Below are positions 12,022 to 24,965 of a stretch of 64,000 nt of DNA, in pieces (the first letter of the stretch is position 1; every line of letters starts with the position of its first letter). The notes beneath the pieces were generated by a model. It was not told where the DNA came from. It was given only the letters and a program-made list of their open reading frames with translations, and did not search any database. The stretch is taken from contig OZ024743.1 of NCBI GenBank assembly GCA_964016885.1, positions 166,160,001 through 166,224,000 on the forward strand, given 5' to 3'. This DNA is from Eledone cirrhosa. Its lineage: Eukaryota. Position numbers and translations under genes: made by a program.

Positions 12022-14060
12022 TTCATCTACTCCTAGTTTTCTAAGAGCCCACCAGCACAGGGAACTCTGTCAAAGGCTTTCTCGAGATCGACGAATGCCA
12101 GGTAGAGTGGCTTACTTTTAGCTAGGTACTTTTCCTGTAACTGTCTTACAAGGAAGAGAGCATCAGTGGTGCCTCTTCCTGGCACAAACCCAAATTGCAT
12201 CTCATCTAGTTACACCCGGTCCCTAATCAACTGTGCTATAACTCTTTCTGTTACTTTCATGACCTGGTCCATCAGCTTTATACCTCTATAGTTTCCTCTA
12301 TCTAGTGCATCACCTTTACTTTTGTTGCAGTTGACAATGATGCTACTACACCAATCCTTTGGTATGACACCTTCTAGTATTACTTGGTTAACAATACGTG
12401 TGGTTATGGTGTGACCTACCGACCCAGATGCCTTCAGCATCTTGGCAGCTATACCCGATGGACCGGTTGCCTTCCCCGTCTTCATATCTTTGATTGCCTT
12501 ACTTACTACGTTGCTGCTGACTTGTACTGCTGGCCCCTCTATAGAATCTACTTGGGGTAGGGTCTCTTCTTCCCATGCATTCTCCTCATTTAGTAATCTA
12601 TCATAATGACTCTTCCACTTATCTTTCTTCTCGGCACTTGTGACGGCAAGCTCACCTTTATCATTCCAGATACACTTCTCTCCAATGACTTCACAATTCT
12701 CTCTGACACACTGCCTCGCAATCTTGAACACCTCCTGTTTCTGGTCCTCACGTTGCAGAACATGCTTGAATTTTCTATCCTCTACTTCCCTCCTAGCTAA
12801 CTATACTTGTCACCTAGCTTCCCTCCTGGTCTCTATGTAATGTACCCTGCTTCCCCCGTTCTTCCATTCTTTCCATGCCTGTCTCTTGGCCTTAACTGCC
12901 TCATGTACCTTATTGTTCCACCACCAAGTCACTCTCCTCCTGCCTGTGGTCTTACTCCAGCCACAGATGTCCTCCGTCACCTTTAGTAAGTTATTTTTTA
13001 GGAACTCCCAGTGCTCTTCTACATTGAGTGTCTCTATATGTTCTTCTTTACTGTCGTAGGCGTTGAGTAAAATATCTTTAAATCTGTTACTGGCTGAGGG
13101 GTCTTTCAGCTTCCAGATCTTTCTTCTCCAGGTTGGCTTCTGTTTCTGACCGTGAGGTCGCTGACAACTAAGCTATGTTGGGAGGTACATTCCTCACTAG
13201 GGAAGGCTTTTGTGTTTACGACCGTCCATCTGTCACGTCCTCTGATGAGGATAAAATCTATCTGACTAGAATGCTCCCCTGATCTATAGGTGATCAGGTG
13301 GTTGACGGGTTTTTTGAAGTTTGTTTTACATATCAACATGTCATTGGCGTCGCAGAATTCTAGAAGCCTGAATCCTTCTTCATTTCTTGTGCCCAACCCC
13401 ATGGCCTCCATGGACTCTATAGAAGCCGTCACGGTGTTTACCTACATGTCCATTAAAATCTCCTGCAATGATTAGGAAGTCATTGTCGTTTGTTAGAGCA
13501 GTAGTGTGCATTAGGGACTCATAAAACCTATCCTTAAGTTCGTCTGGCAACCCCAATTGGGGTGCGTAAGCTGATATTATTGTGGTAATTGTTTTATTCA
13601 GGACTAGTCTGAGTTTAAGGATTCTTGCACTCACCCTGTTCACTGAGATTACCTTATCTACCCACTTGTCAGCTAGTAGGATACCTACACCACCCATCCC
13701 ATCGTTATTTCCCACCCAGAAAAATTTGCAGCACTGACTTTTTCCTACAAGGACTCTAGCAGACTCTCCTCTCCATCTAGTCTCTTGCACACAGCATACA
13801 TCAATTTCCTTTCGCTCTAGCATCTCTACGATTTCTCCTGCTCCTCCTTTCATTGTGCTTACATTGATGGTACCAACTCGGAGTTTTGGGCATTTGTCAA
13901 CATTCGTGGGAAAGGGTCGATTTTTGCAGAGGTGTATGTATGCTTCCTGTCTCTGAATTGAAGCTTCACATGGGTGCTTGGTAGCTTACGGATTCATATT
14001 CATTTTCATTTATTAATTCGGGGTTGCTCCATTTATTCTCAGCTCATCCATACATAACGG
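12021..14060 (-). mobile_element. RTE LINE, related subfamily (APE and RT N-terminal half)
   Basis: ORFs 13380-13853, 13106-13432 and 12210-12731 carry CCVQETRW, SAYAPQ, GDFNGHVG, YRGIKLMDQVMKV. Confidence 0.93.
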
Positions 14061-14257
14061 TAGGAAAATTCAGGGCTAGAACAGTGGTGGTGGTAATAAT
14101 GGCAGGGTGTGTTGGGGCTGGGACTGGTGAGGAGAGAGGTAGGTAGTAGTAGTAATGGCAGAGTTTGTTGGGGTTGGTAATGGGTGGGGTGGACATGCTG
14201 AGGTTTGATTGGTTGAATAGGCTATGGTGGGGTGGGCAGGAGGGAAATTGTGAGATA

Positions 14258-14829
14258 GGTAGCCATTATGGCCTATAACATCTCAGGGCAAAATAAACCG
14301 ATACGAGTACCTATATTAGACAAGGCGAAATGTTAATGTTAGGATTTTGAAGGGAGTAGATGACTTCGTAGAGACAGCGAAATGATAAAAACAACAACAC
14401 TAATAATAATGTAAGAGAGAAGAAGGAAGTAGATGACTTCATAGAGAGACAGCATGGGAAAAGAAAACGAGGGTAAAAAAATAAATGTGTTGTGGAGGCT
14501 AGTGAAATGATAAATACAACAATAATAGTGTGAGCAGAACATTTGCAATTGGGAAATAGAGGGATACCTGGAAGATATGGATGGCTGGAACATGGTTTAG
14601 CAGCTCTAGTGATTCATTTTAGCCTTTCAGAATCAAGTATGTCTTATCTCTTGAAGAACTTCAAGATGAGTGAGGAATGAATGAATGAAAGGGAGGTAAC
14701 AGGTGGATTAGAGAGGGGGGGGGGTAGCCATCATGGCCTATAGTATTTCAGGGCAAAATAAACCGATACGAGCACCTATATTAGACAAGGCGAAATGTTA
14801 AAGTTAGGATTTCGAAGGGAGTAGATGAT
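14258..14829. repeat. Pair of ~105 bp direct repeats (14258-14363 and 14722-14829)
   Basis: ggtagcca..tggcctata...aaaataaaccgatacgag.acctatattagacaaggcgaaatgttaa...gaagggagtagatga occurs twice. Confidence 0.85.
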
Positions 14830-16080
14830 ATATATATATATCCAAATTTTCGAGGTCCATGGGTAATCAGTAGTCATAAGGCGTGGGTATATATCGATGT
14901 TTGAAATACAAGGATTGCCATGTAAGTGTGGAAAATATAGTTCAAGGAAATGACAAAACAGAGGTACAAAAAGTTTTATTAGTTTCACACTTTATATGGA
15001 AAAGGGGAAAGAAAGTTTGGCGTGTCAGGATTTAGCCCTTCTTCAGGAGTACAAAAAGATAGAGACAGTATCACAAAGGATATATACAAAAATTAAAAGG
15101 TAGTCTGCAGTAAAAAAAATGAAAATAAAGAGAGTAGACAAGACAAACCATTAGGTAGTCTTGGTAACGATTTTGGAACACAAAGTGAAATGTGCGTGCA
15201 TTAGTGTCGATATTATGTGTGAGTGTATGTGTATGTTTAAGCATGTGTATTTTTTTAAAAGGTTTATTCTGTAAAGTGCGTGTAAAGTATCTAGCAGTGA
15301 CTGCATATGTCCGTGAGATGTGTGGATTTGTAGGTAAGAGTGTATGTATGTTTTAATGAGCTTGTGACATAGGATAGAGGAAGTATGTTTAGTGTGTATT
15401 AGAGAGCATATGGCAGAGCAGATTATAGGAAGATGGGTGGGACTTTAAGGCTCAGGAGATGAAAGATTTGTAAGAAAATATAAGTTGCTGTTATCTACGC
15501 CAGTGTGAGTCAGAGGGTCAGGCACAATGTGAGAGCTTAAAGATACTGAGGTGGCATGCGGAGTGGCTGGTGGATCGAAAATGTCAGGAAATCGGAGTTG
15601 GGTTGCCAATCCAGATGTCTTAAAGGTGTTCAGAAAATTTGACAGCCAGACGATGGCCAGTTTGACCAAGGAAGAAGGCTCTACACAGAGTTCAATGGAG
15701 CCCCGAGACAAAGTTGATGGAGGTGTAGCTGAAGTAGTCCCTAACCTGGAAGGACCAGTCATTGGGACGGTAAAGGGTGGTGGTGTTAGAAATAAAGCTG
15801 TATGTATGGCAGCAGGATCGGGAACAGGGGTGGGATCCAGGGGATGAGTTAGGGGGAGTAAGGTTGCAGACAAGAGGTTCCAAAGATGACAAGCGTACTT
15901 GAATGAAGGGAGGGGTGGGAGTGAAAAGTGGGTGAGGTGAAAGGAACTGACTGCAGGTGGCAGAAAAGACGGAGGATCATCTTCTGGAGGGGTTAAATAG
16001 AAAGGTGGTAGTTCTGCTCATTTTGGGGCTGACCTGGGTTAAAACAACAACAAACAAGAACAACTGACAAAATTTATGTA
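14830..16080 (-). mobile_element. Probable decayed Penelope-like remnant
   Basis: Degenerate hammerhead-like motif (ctgaaga-aggg..cct-gacac) at about 15018-15048 on the minus strand; Pro-rich ORF ending near NLSS. No RT seen. Confidence 0.35.
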
Positions 16081-16163
16081 AGTAGTAAAAACATTTCAGT
16101 AGAGTTATGAAATGATGAAATGTTAGTGAAATTATGTTTATTTTATCAAACCATCCAACTCAC

Positions 16164-16299
16164 CCATCCAAGAGATTCTATTTGTTGAGGGTGTAATAAA
16201 CCCTGAATTCCATGATATACAGATAAACCAGTGCCAAAACAAAAAATGCCAACACCACTGATGAGAGAGGAAATATTTTTCAGATTGCGGTATCCATAC
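16164..16299 (-). CDS. SLC30A9: ZnT9 coding exon (YGYRNLKNISSLISGVGIFCFGTGLSVYHGIQGLLHPQQIESLGW)
   Basis: ttag| and |gtgagt; 136 nt; closely resembles ZnT9 'ISSLISGVGIFMMGAGLSWYHG'. Confidence 0.96.
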
Positions 16300-16827
16300 C
16301 TAATAAAAGAAAAAAACCTTACATATACATCTGTTTTTCTTCTTCTTCTTAAGAAACAGAAGAAGAAAAAGGAGGAGGAGGAAGAGGAGAAGAATTGTTT
16401 CTACTTTTGGCACAAGGCCAGCAATTACCCAGTACATTACTGGTACTTTATTTTATCGACCCTGTAAGGATGAAAGGCAAAGTTAACCTTGACGGGATTT
16501 GAACTTAGACCGTAAAGGGACGCAAGGGTTTACACAAAGTGAGACATTAAGGACAGTACAGGCCAATACAGGACGGTACAAATGGGCATTTCTGCGTGTA
16601 AAAGAAATAAAACAAAAAAAAAACAGAGGATGTAACAAAAAAGATGAAAAATTCCCCAATAGGGGGGAGACTTCCGAGGGCCATCGTGGAGAAAGCCCAT
16701 TAAAAAAGCCACGGTGACCCTGACCACCAGGGCAAGTGTCCTCTCCCAGTTTTCCACCTTCAATTTACAGACACATACTCAGAGTAGGCCCATTCACTCG
16801 GGCCTTTCTTGCCTCTCTCACCCATCT

Positions 16828-19800
16828 TTATACCAAATGCTGGGAAGAGAGCACTTCCCTCTCTACCCTGATTTTCCTTTTCAAATGAAATTTGAAAAAG
16901 TTAATCAGGGCATCACCGAAGAGGTAAGTGCTCGTCTTTAGCCCTTTCAAACGTGTCCACCATACTATCTCTTTCGCCATGGCCACCAGACAGATAAAGG
17001 CTGCCTGCCCTTCCCGGCTAAAGGAAGAGGGCGGGGAAATCCTCACGATGGACTCAGCTGATAGCTGGATCTGTCCTACACGCGACAGCAGGTGTTCGAC
17101 ATGAACCCACAAGTCGGCAATGCTCGGACACTGGACGAGTGCATGCAAGACGGTTTCGTCGCCTGCGCGCATCTCGGACATGCCCGGCTGACGGCACTTC
17201 CATGCCTGTAGAATTTATCCCGAACTGGCAGCGCTCCGCGGTAGCACTACCGGGCCAGGGATTTCTGGAAGTTGTACATAGGCCCCGGCCCGAAAGTTCT
17301 TCCGAAGAGATTGGCTAGTTGATTTTCGTCGACGCCTAGAGTTTCCCCAAGTACGTCGTCGCTCTTCCCCTCTACTAATCCTCTATAGAACGCCAAGGTG
17401 GAGTTTCCACCGATTACATTGCCCAACTGGTCGAGGGCTGTGAGCACCTGAAGACATTCCAGTCTCCAAGCGTTCCCTCTCGGTCTTCGCTTGACCCAGG
17501 ACTGCAGCTCCGTCAAGGAGACGAGCTGGGGAAAGACGCGTCTAGCAAACAGCGACCACACTTGATCACCGTCGAGGAAGAGGTGGCGATGTTGTAGCCT
17601 GAGCGCATGTCTGCACATCATCAGCCACGGCATGTCCAGCCCTCCACGTAGCGGGTGTTGACAGCAGATGGACTGCCTAACCATCGGAGCGCGTCCTTCC
17701 ACAAAAAGCGAAAGAGCAAACGCTCCAGCGCAGTCAGGCGAGGCTTAGGACAAGGCATGACGGTCAGGCGGTAGTAGATGACGGACACGATGTACGCATT
17801 CGCCACCTCCGCTCGACCTTTCAGGGATAGCTTCTTCTCTGCCCATTTTTGGGTGAGAGAAGCCACCCTGCTTGTCACCTCGTTCCAGTTTTTGTCCGTC
17901 AAGAGGTCCGGACAGAACCAGACCTCTAGCAAAACCAGTCCGTCCGTCCAGCACCCGACAACGCTGTTGGATGGCGTGGACCTGCCTCTCCAGGTGCCGA
18001 ACTTTTCCTGGTTGATCATTGCTCCTGTCACCGCTTCTCTTATTGTAGTGCCGATCGCCTCGATGTGTTTGGCGTTCGACACCACTATGGTGACATCGCC
18101 CGCATATGTTGACACGGATCTTCCGCATCCTAGTTCGCGCGGGACCCCCCTTAACATCTCCAGTTTGTGCAGTAATAGCTCGAGAGTCAATACCTACAAG
18201 AGGGACGAGAGAGGACATCCATGGCTAACCGAGCGCATGATGTTGAATGGTTCCGAAAGGTGACCATTCACTCTCACCACAGAGCAGATGTCGCTGTGCA
18301 TGGCAGCGATCCAGCCTCTGAAGATGGGCCCAAAGCCAGTCGCCCTCAGGACTGCCGCTAGGTAACGATGGTCGACCCTATCGAAAGTTTTCGACTGATC
18401 TAGATTGATCAAGGACCCACCCTTGCCAAGTTCCCTAGCTACCCTCTCCACGATGTATCGCATGAGGTGGAGGTTGTTGTGGATGGATCTGCCTGGAATG
18501 GCGCATGTCTGCGCCTCTCCCACCAAACCACCAACGACAAGCGCCAACCTCTTTGCTAGCACCTTGGCCAAAATCTTGAACTCTGCTTAGCAGAGTTATG
18601 GGTCTGAAATTATCTATTTTATCCTCCCCTTATCCACCCAGTTGCAGTAGACGTCCGCCAAGAGGCCTCCGAACAAGTCTGGCATCTGTACGTAAAGTTC
18701 ATGGGGCAGACCATCCAAACCAGGCGATTTACCGCTTGTGCAGCCAGTCATTGCCTCCTGTACTTCAGCGGCTGTTATCGGCTTTTCGCAACACTCCGCC
18801 TCAGTGGCCGAGAGCCACGGCAGTCCGCCGAGGTAGGCACTAAAGTCTATCCCTCGATCCGGCCCACCGCTGCCCCCGAACAGCTGAGCGAAGTGTCGCT
18901 GAAAAGCCACACACATTTGCCCGGGATCGAGTAGCATGCGCCCGTCATGGTCCACCAAAGACCGGATCGTGGCTTTGTTGCCACGACATGCCTTCGCCAC
19001 TCGGGGCCCATTGAACGGCTTTCATCCCTCGTGTCTGAGAGCACGCACCCTAGCTCTGACAACGAAGCCTTCGTGCTTTGCATTGAAGAATGGTCAAGGG
19101 CTAATTTCGCCGCAAGTACGTCGGTCGCGATGCCTTTACTAAGCGCCTCATCTAATTTTCTAACTAGTTCTCCCTCTGCTCTATTTTTCTCTATTGCCTT
19201 ACTAATCCTAATGGACTCTATTCTAATCGCTCTTTTCAGAGCAAACCACCACTTGTTGTCGACGATGGCCACCGTCAACGCCCAGTTAACTAGTTCGCTA
19301 ATCCGGTCTCTGTAGGCCTTGCGTGCTGTTAATGACGCGTTTAGCTTCCAGTAGCTGGGTCCCTGTCTATGAAGCCTATCTAAGTCAACCTTACAGATCA
19401 CGAATTTGTGGTCCGTGTAGTCGACTATTTTGAAATGTGGACAGCCTATGCTAGACTTATCTATTTCCCTACAAAATACCCTATCTAGATATGATCTGGA
19501 TGACCCGATGCGGTTTGTCCATGTCCACATTGCCACATTCGGGAAATCCAGACGGTACCTGTCAGACAGTTGAAACCGTCTGAGCAGGTTTGCGAGGCTT
19601 TTACACCCTCCTCCCCTATCTGTTAATCCCACACAATCCCAGCATGCATCTAAGATCTCATTCCAGTTTCCCACTAACACTAGAGAGCAGGATGTTCCAA
19701 GAAAGGTCTCCAGACACCGGAAGAATTCAGGTCGTCCTGCTCCTGTTGGGGCATAGGTGGCCACTAGCCTGAAAGCTTGTCCTTCTCCGCTGGTCACATC

Positions 19801-19830
19801 TAGTACCACCAACTTACCCTCTCGAGATCC
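16828..19830 (-). pseudogene. Tx1-like ORF2 (APE-RT-zinc finger), frameshifted; APE N-terminus missing
   Basis: Consecutive ORF pieces 18847-19812, 18614-19000, 18194-18571, 17621-18190, 17247-17702 and 16828-17181. Confidence 0.9.
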
Positions 19831-20394
19831 AGACTTCTCCGGAACACGGCGGTGTGTGAAGGGGTGTGTGATCCATCCCTCCGACCATTGGTGGGTTTCT
19901 CCACGAGAATATCCGTGAATATTCTTTTGGTGATGCTCCCTCGGTAGTCTCCAATTGATGTGGGGAACATTTTTTTTAATGTTACGTAAGTTTTTTGCGT
20001 AATTTCTATTATTTTTATGTGTGTGGGGGGTGCAATTTTGGTGGTTTGTACGTAGTTTGTTTCTGTGATGTTGGTGTGGTGTTGAATGTAATTTAAAAGC
20101 TTTGTGTTGTCTGTGTCTATGGCTGTGTATTGTGTCTGCTGTTGGTGTGTTGGTGCTTTCTGTGTTTGCTGCTGCGTTGTTGGAGGTGACGATGGGGTAG
20201 ATGCTAAGGGTGGCGGTGGTGTTGGTGGTGGCAGTGGTGTTGGTGGTGGTGATGGTGTAGGTGGTTATGGGGTGTGGCTGTTGATGGTGGTGGAGGAGGT
20301 GGGGTAGTTTTCATTTTCTTTTTTTTTCTAGGGTTCTTTCTTCCTCTTTATTTTGGGGGGATGAGGGTAGAGAGTTCTTCCTTGTCCGATTTGG

Positions 20395-21586
20395 CTATAT
20401 CAGGAAGGGGTATGCTTTCCATTGGTTCTGTAGGTGATGGAAGAGATGGAGCTTTTGTTGTTGGGGATGGTGATTTCTCTTCTGCCACTGTGGTCTTTGT
20501 TTGTCTGCTCCAGTTGCAGGGCTTGGCGTGGGGAGAAGGGGTGGGCGTGTGCCTGATTTGGTAAGTTTGGGGCAGAATGCCTTAAAGTGCGTCTTGTCAC
20601 CACATCCATGACACCTTCGGCGCCTACCTTCGACAGTCACGGGTAGATGGCTGCCTTCGTCCAGGTCTATTACATCAGGGATGGCTTCAATGCTCTCATG
20701 GTTTGCTTGGATCCATCCCCGACCCTGTCCAATTTTCCTGTCTTATTCGCATGACGTTAAGTATGGTTGTTGAATCCTCAACGTCAGCGAGGACGGCTGC
20801 CATCAACCACGCCATCTCCACTGAGGGTGGAACCTGGCCCACTCGAACCCTCGCGACTCTCTGGCCGCAGTATGTGGGCATCATTATGATTTTGTCACTG
20901 CGGAGTGGTGCAATGGAGTGTGCTTTGGCTTCTTCTGGTGTAGCGAAGAACACATCCACAGTGCCATATCTCGATCCCGGGGCTATATATGTTTTCTGTG
21001 CCCAGACGGTGCCCATAGCTCTTTGGACCTGTTCAACTCGCCCGTTCAACTTGCCACAATTTTGATCCAATCGTGCGATAACTGACCGAACACAAAAGCT
21101 TGTTTCTTATTATCTCAGCTGGGCGGGTGAGACTTACCCTGTGCCCGGTCTTTTTAACCAAGACCTTTGATTGTTTTATCTCTTCGTTAGTGATGTGTAC
21201 ATGTTCAAAATTGTTTGTCGCTTTAGCGAAAGATGTGCTTGTCTTTGTTGCCGTCCTTGGTGTTTTTGTTTGTTTGTTTTTCCTGTGTTGCTGCTGTTAT
21301 AGTTGTTGTTCTTTGAGTTCTTTATAGCTGTTGCTGTTGTTATTGTTGTTATTGTGGTGGTGGTGTTTAATTTTTTTTTTAATGCAGGGAAATTTTTGTT
21401 GTAATTTCCACTACTGGTACTACTGTTCCAGTGGCTGCTGCTGCTGTTGTCACTACCACTGTCACTGTCGCTGCTGCTGCTGTTTCTCTTGTTCTTTACT
21501 TTGCCTAGTGATTGGCTGGAAATGGCTGTTCCACCCTCTGAACAACTCACTGTTCCTCCCTGTGGACAATTTTTTTTGTCCGCCAT
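20395..21586 (-). pseudogene. Tx1-like ORF1 (gag-like, CCHC knuckle), split by frameshifts
   Basis: ORF-track pieces 21176-21586, 20696-21070 and 20395-20640. Confidence 0.8.
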
Positions 21587-21844
21587 GTTTTTTTTTAAAA
21601 CAAAATTTGGGGGTTATGATTGTAAATAAAAGCAAATTTACCCCTCAAGGACACGAGATATAGTTTTAAAAAACCCACCTCCTTTGACAGACGGGTTCTT
21701 TAACTACACACCGATGTAAAAAATATTATATAGAACTTTCGATAACTCATAAAAATTCAACTAACTTACTCCGTCGTAGTTACCGCCGTCTTATAATAAT
21801 AACAACAAATAATAATAATAATAATAATAATAATAATCACTTAC

Positions 21845-21900
21845 GGATGAACAGCATCAGGCTTTTTAATAGAATGGTATAAACCAATTCCTAATATTAC
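21845..21900 (-). CDS. SLC30A9: ZnT9 coding exon (VILGIGLYHSIKKPDAVHP)
   Basis: ctcag| and |gtaagt; 56 nt; the CDF motif PDxxHPYG is split across this and the next exon. Confidence 0.95.
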
Positions 21901-22420
21901 CTGAGATAAGAAGAAATTTAGAAATAAAATCAGAGTGACCACGTACTAAGAGTTCTTAGTACATGGTCACTTATTTATAACACTGTTGGTTACATAGATA
22001 AGTTATTAGCTGTAGAACTAAATAGTTGATAGTTACAGTACCATGTTGTATCTATAAACAACAAGTGTTTTCAGGCCATCTTCCCTGCCCTAGCAGAAAA
22101 GATGGCCTGACAAGCTTCTTCATTTTTCTTCATCAATCTGCATCTCCTTTTATCAACCTTCTAGATTTCATTTCCTTCTCATGACTATACTGTATCTATC
22201 GCTAAAGTATTTCATTCTCATTGGCTTGAGACCTACCTGGATGCAAGTAGATATTATAAGGAAGTGCTGCTTGCTATTGTCAGTAGCTTAGACAGTATAA
22301 TTGACAACTGTTTCAATAGCTTGCAAAAACCTGCAATAGACTTAATGAAGTGGAGGATGGTATAATGTTGATGTAGTAATGAACTATGTAAGTAATTACA
22401 AAACATTAACTCTTCAAGAC

Positions 22421-22832
22421 AAAAAGCATCCGGTCCACACTGTAAAGTGGTCATGTAGGTATCACAACAAAAATGCACCCAGCCCACACTATAAAGTGGT
22501 TGCATAGGTGTCACAACAAAAAGCACCCAGCCCACACTGTAAAGTGGTTGTGTAGGTATCACAACAAAAAGCACCCAGTCCATATTGTAAAGTGGTCATG
22601 TAGGAGTCACGGCAAAAAGCACCTAGCACACACTGTAAAGTGGTCATGTAGGAGTCACGGCAAAAAGCACCCAGCACACACTGTAAATGTGGTTGGCATT
22701 AGGAAGAGCATCCAGCTGTAGAAATCTAGCCAGAGATAGTTTTGTATGAGCAGGATACGGTCAGCTGACCCAACCTGCCTCAAATGAGACAACCTGTCTA
22801 ACCCATGCTAGCGTGGAAGGTGGACATTAAAT
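22421..22832 (+). repeat. ~48-49 bp tandem array (about 5.5 units) leading into an RTE/SINE-type 3' tail
   Basis: Unit aaaaagcacccagcccacactgtaaagtggtcatgtaggtatcacaac; then gtggttggcattaggaagagcatccagctgtagaaa ... acccatgctagcgtggaaggtggacattaaatg. Confidence 0.9.
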
Positions 22833-23194
22833 GGCTCTGGTTTTATGAAACAACACCACCCATTTTAAAAGCTCCCTATTTAAATTTAAATCTAACATAA
22901 TTTTATATAAGACCCATATGTTGAGTTACTATCTTAATAATGAAATAATTATCCATCTTAGTAAATCTTCAAAATTCTTCATTAATTAATTGAAACAGGA
23001 TGCATTTCATTAGAAAGACATTTGTGAAAGGGGTAATGGCAAAAGCCTATTTCTACATCATAAATTGTGAATGTAGACATAGAAAGAAAAATAAGTATCA
23101 GAAGATATGAAGTCTGTGAAGAATTTCAGTTTAATAATAATGCATTCTAAGTATATTATTAAACTATAATTATATATAGCTTAATATGAAATTA

Positions 23195-23730
23195 TAGAAG
23201 TTGTTGACATCTTTTGTTACCTAGAAGACCTAATCAGCAGTGGTAGAGGGTGCTCTGAAAGTGTTATAGCCAGGGTAAGAAAAGGTTGGAAGAAGTTTAG
23301 GGAGCTAGTACCTCTGGTACAAACGGTTTTTCTCCCAGAGTGAAAGGTAGACTGGATAATGCCTGCCTGTTAACTGCAATGCAACATGGCAGTGGAAAAT
23401 AAGCCTCGACTGCAGAAAACCTGCAAAGGGTAAAAATAAACGGAACGAGTATGTTCCAATGGGTATATAATGTCAGTGTGATTGAATGTGGCAGCATAAC
23501 TGAATGTAGAGAAAAACTGGACATAAGAGGAATTAGATGTAGTGTGCAAGAGAGAAGACTGCAGGTTATAAAGGTTACAGAAAAAGTCATAACATAATTG
23601 ATTTGTAACAGAATTAATTTTGATGAGATGCAGTTTAGTTTTGTGTTTGGGAGAAGCACTCCCGATGCCATTTTCCTGGTGAGAGAACTGTAGAAGTATC
23701 TAGATAAGCGTAAGCCCCTATTTTAAGCGT
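23195..23730 (+). mobile_element. Decayed, rearranged RTE fragments
   Basis: Region read as FCYL-GD...SGRGCSES and a separate MQFSF segment; many stops. Confidence 0.75.
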
Positions 23731-24159
23731 TTACTGTGGAAAAATAACCTTAAAATGCTTGTTGTTGTTGAGTGGGCTGTAAGCCATATCTTTATCCTTA
23801 AACTCTTTTGATATTTGATGCCACCCCTAGTTCTATAATACAAAACTCTTCATTTTAAAGTGTTTCATCGTCGCCGTCCATCATCACCATCGCCATGAGT
23901 TAATGACCATGTTTATATTTATCTAAAATCCTTTCAGCAGAATTCTATGTAAGCACTTTTAAGTTATTCTGCAAACACTAACTGAATAATGAGAAAATTT
24001 AATAATGTTATCAAATACTTCTAAATTCTTGTTATTTTAAAATTTATTTGAAAATCAGAGTCAGTGTATTTCATTAGAAATATAATAATGAAAGCGTCAA
24101 GTGAGAGAGAAAAGGAAAAGCAAAGTAGATAAAAATATTTAGGAAATGTTCAACTATAC

Positions 24160-24262
24160 CTGGTTTACAGTATCAGCGAGTGAGTGAATACATTCAGAAA
24201 ACATACTATGAGAGCCAGTATACAGCCAAGCTATTAACTTCACTAATGTATTTATTGCATTG
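24160..24262 (-). CDS. SLC30A9: ZnT9 coding exon (NAINTLVKLIAWLYTGSHSMFSECIHSLADTVNQ)
   Basis: ctag| and cag|gtatag; 103 nt; carries the cation-diffusion-facilitator signature TGSxSMFSExIHSLxD. Confidence 0.95.
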
Positions 24263-24619
24263 CTAGAAGATAAAATATAATAAAATTAATCTTAATTAAA
24301 GTCAAGAAAAATTACCTAAGCAATTTATTAGCATGTGCATGTGTGGAATGAAAATTAAATAGGTTTTGTATTTTTCTTCTCAATTCACAAAAAAACTGAT
24401 TAAATGAAACTGTTTCAAATATATGTAATCCTGTTTACCTTACACATGACAAATACATTATCAGAGAAATTTATGTTAACTCTTAACATCTTGTAATGAT
24501 TTAATAGAAAATATCTAAAAACAGATTTGTTAACTCAAATGAACAGATGATTGTAAAAGTTTGTAGTATTAACCAACAGATATGCATACATATGGGCTTC
24601 TGTACAACTGTTTACCAAA

Positions 24620-24965
24620 TTTCCCACATAAGGCAATGGTTGCCTGGCCGCTTCTTCACACCGGTTGCTGTCAAGGCTTTAGGCATACTTGGACCCTGTA
24701 TTGTCGAGCTCCTCTGCAAGATCAGAATGTCAGCAGTCCATCTGAGGAAGGAAGCCTGTGAGGTGGGGTGGTTGTTGCAGCGGGTGTCGCTGGCCATTGT
24801 CTACAGGAATGCTTTTACAGTCTTGTCCACAGGGCGCAGTCCCAACTCCACCATGCCCTAGGCCTAGAGCTTATCACCTCCCCCTCCTATTCTTCTGTGA
24901 CACTAGAGCCCTTGCATTTCCCTTCCTTTTCCATAACCACTAAAGAAACTTGCATTTTTTTACCA
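24620..24965 (+). mobile_element. 3' remnant of a CRE-clade-like (restriction-like endonuclease) non-LTR retrotransposon
   Basis: FFTPVAVKALGILGP...LLQRVSLAIVYRNA matches the C-terminal pattern FxPxAxExxGxxG...QRxSxAxxRGNA. Confidence 0.65.

Larger units (their letters stand above)
16519..21792 (-). mobile_element. Near full-length Tx1/L1-clade non-LTR retrotransposon (ORF1 gag-like, ORF2 APE-RT), frameshifted
   Basis: ORF1 has a CHGCGDKTHFKAFC zinc knuckle. ORF2 has YAPT, SYLDRV, YWKLNASL, KSPGLDGLP, LDQSKTFDRVDH, GCPLS, YAGD and ETVLHALVQCP. GC-rich relative to flanks. Confidence 0.92.
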
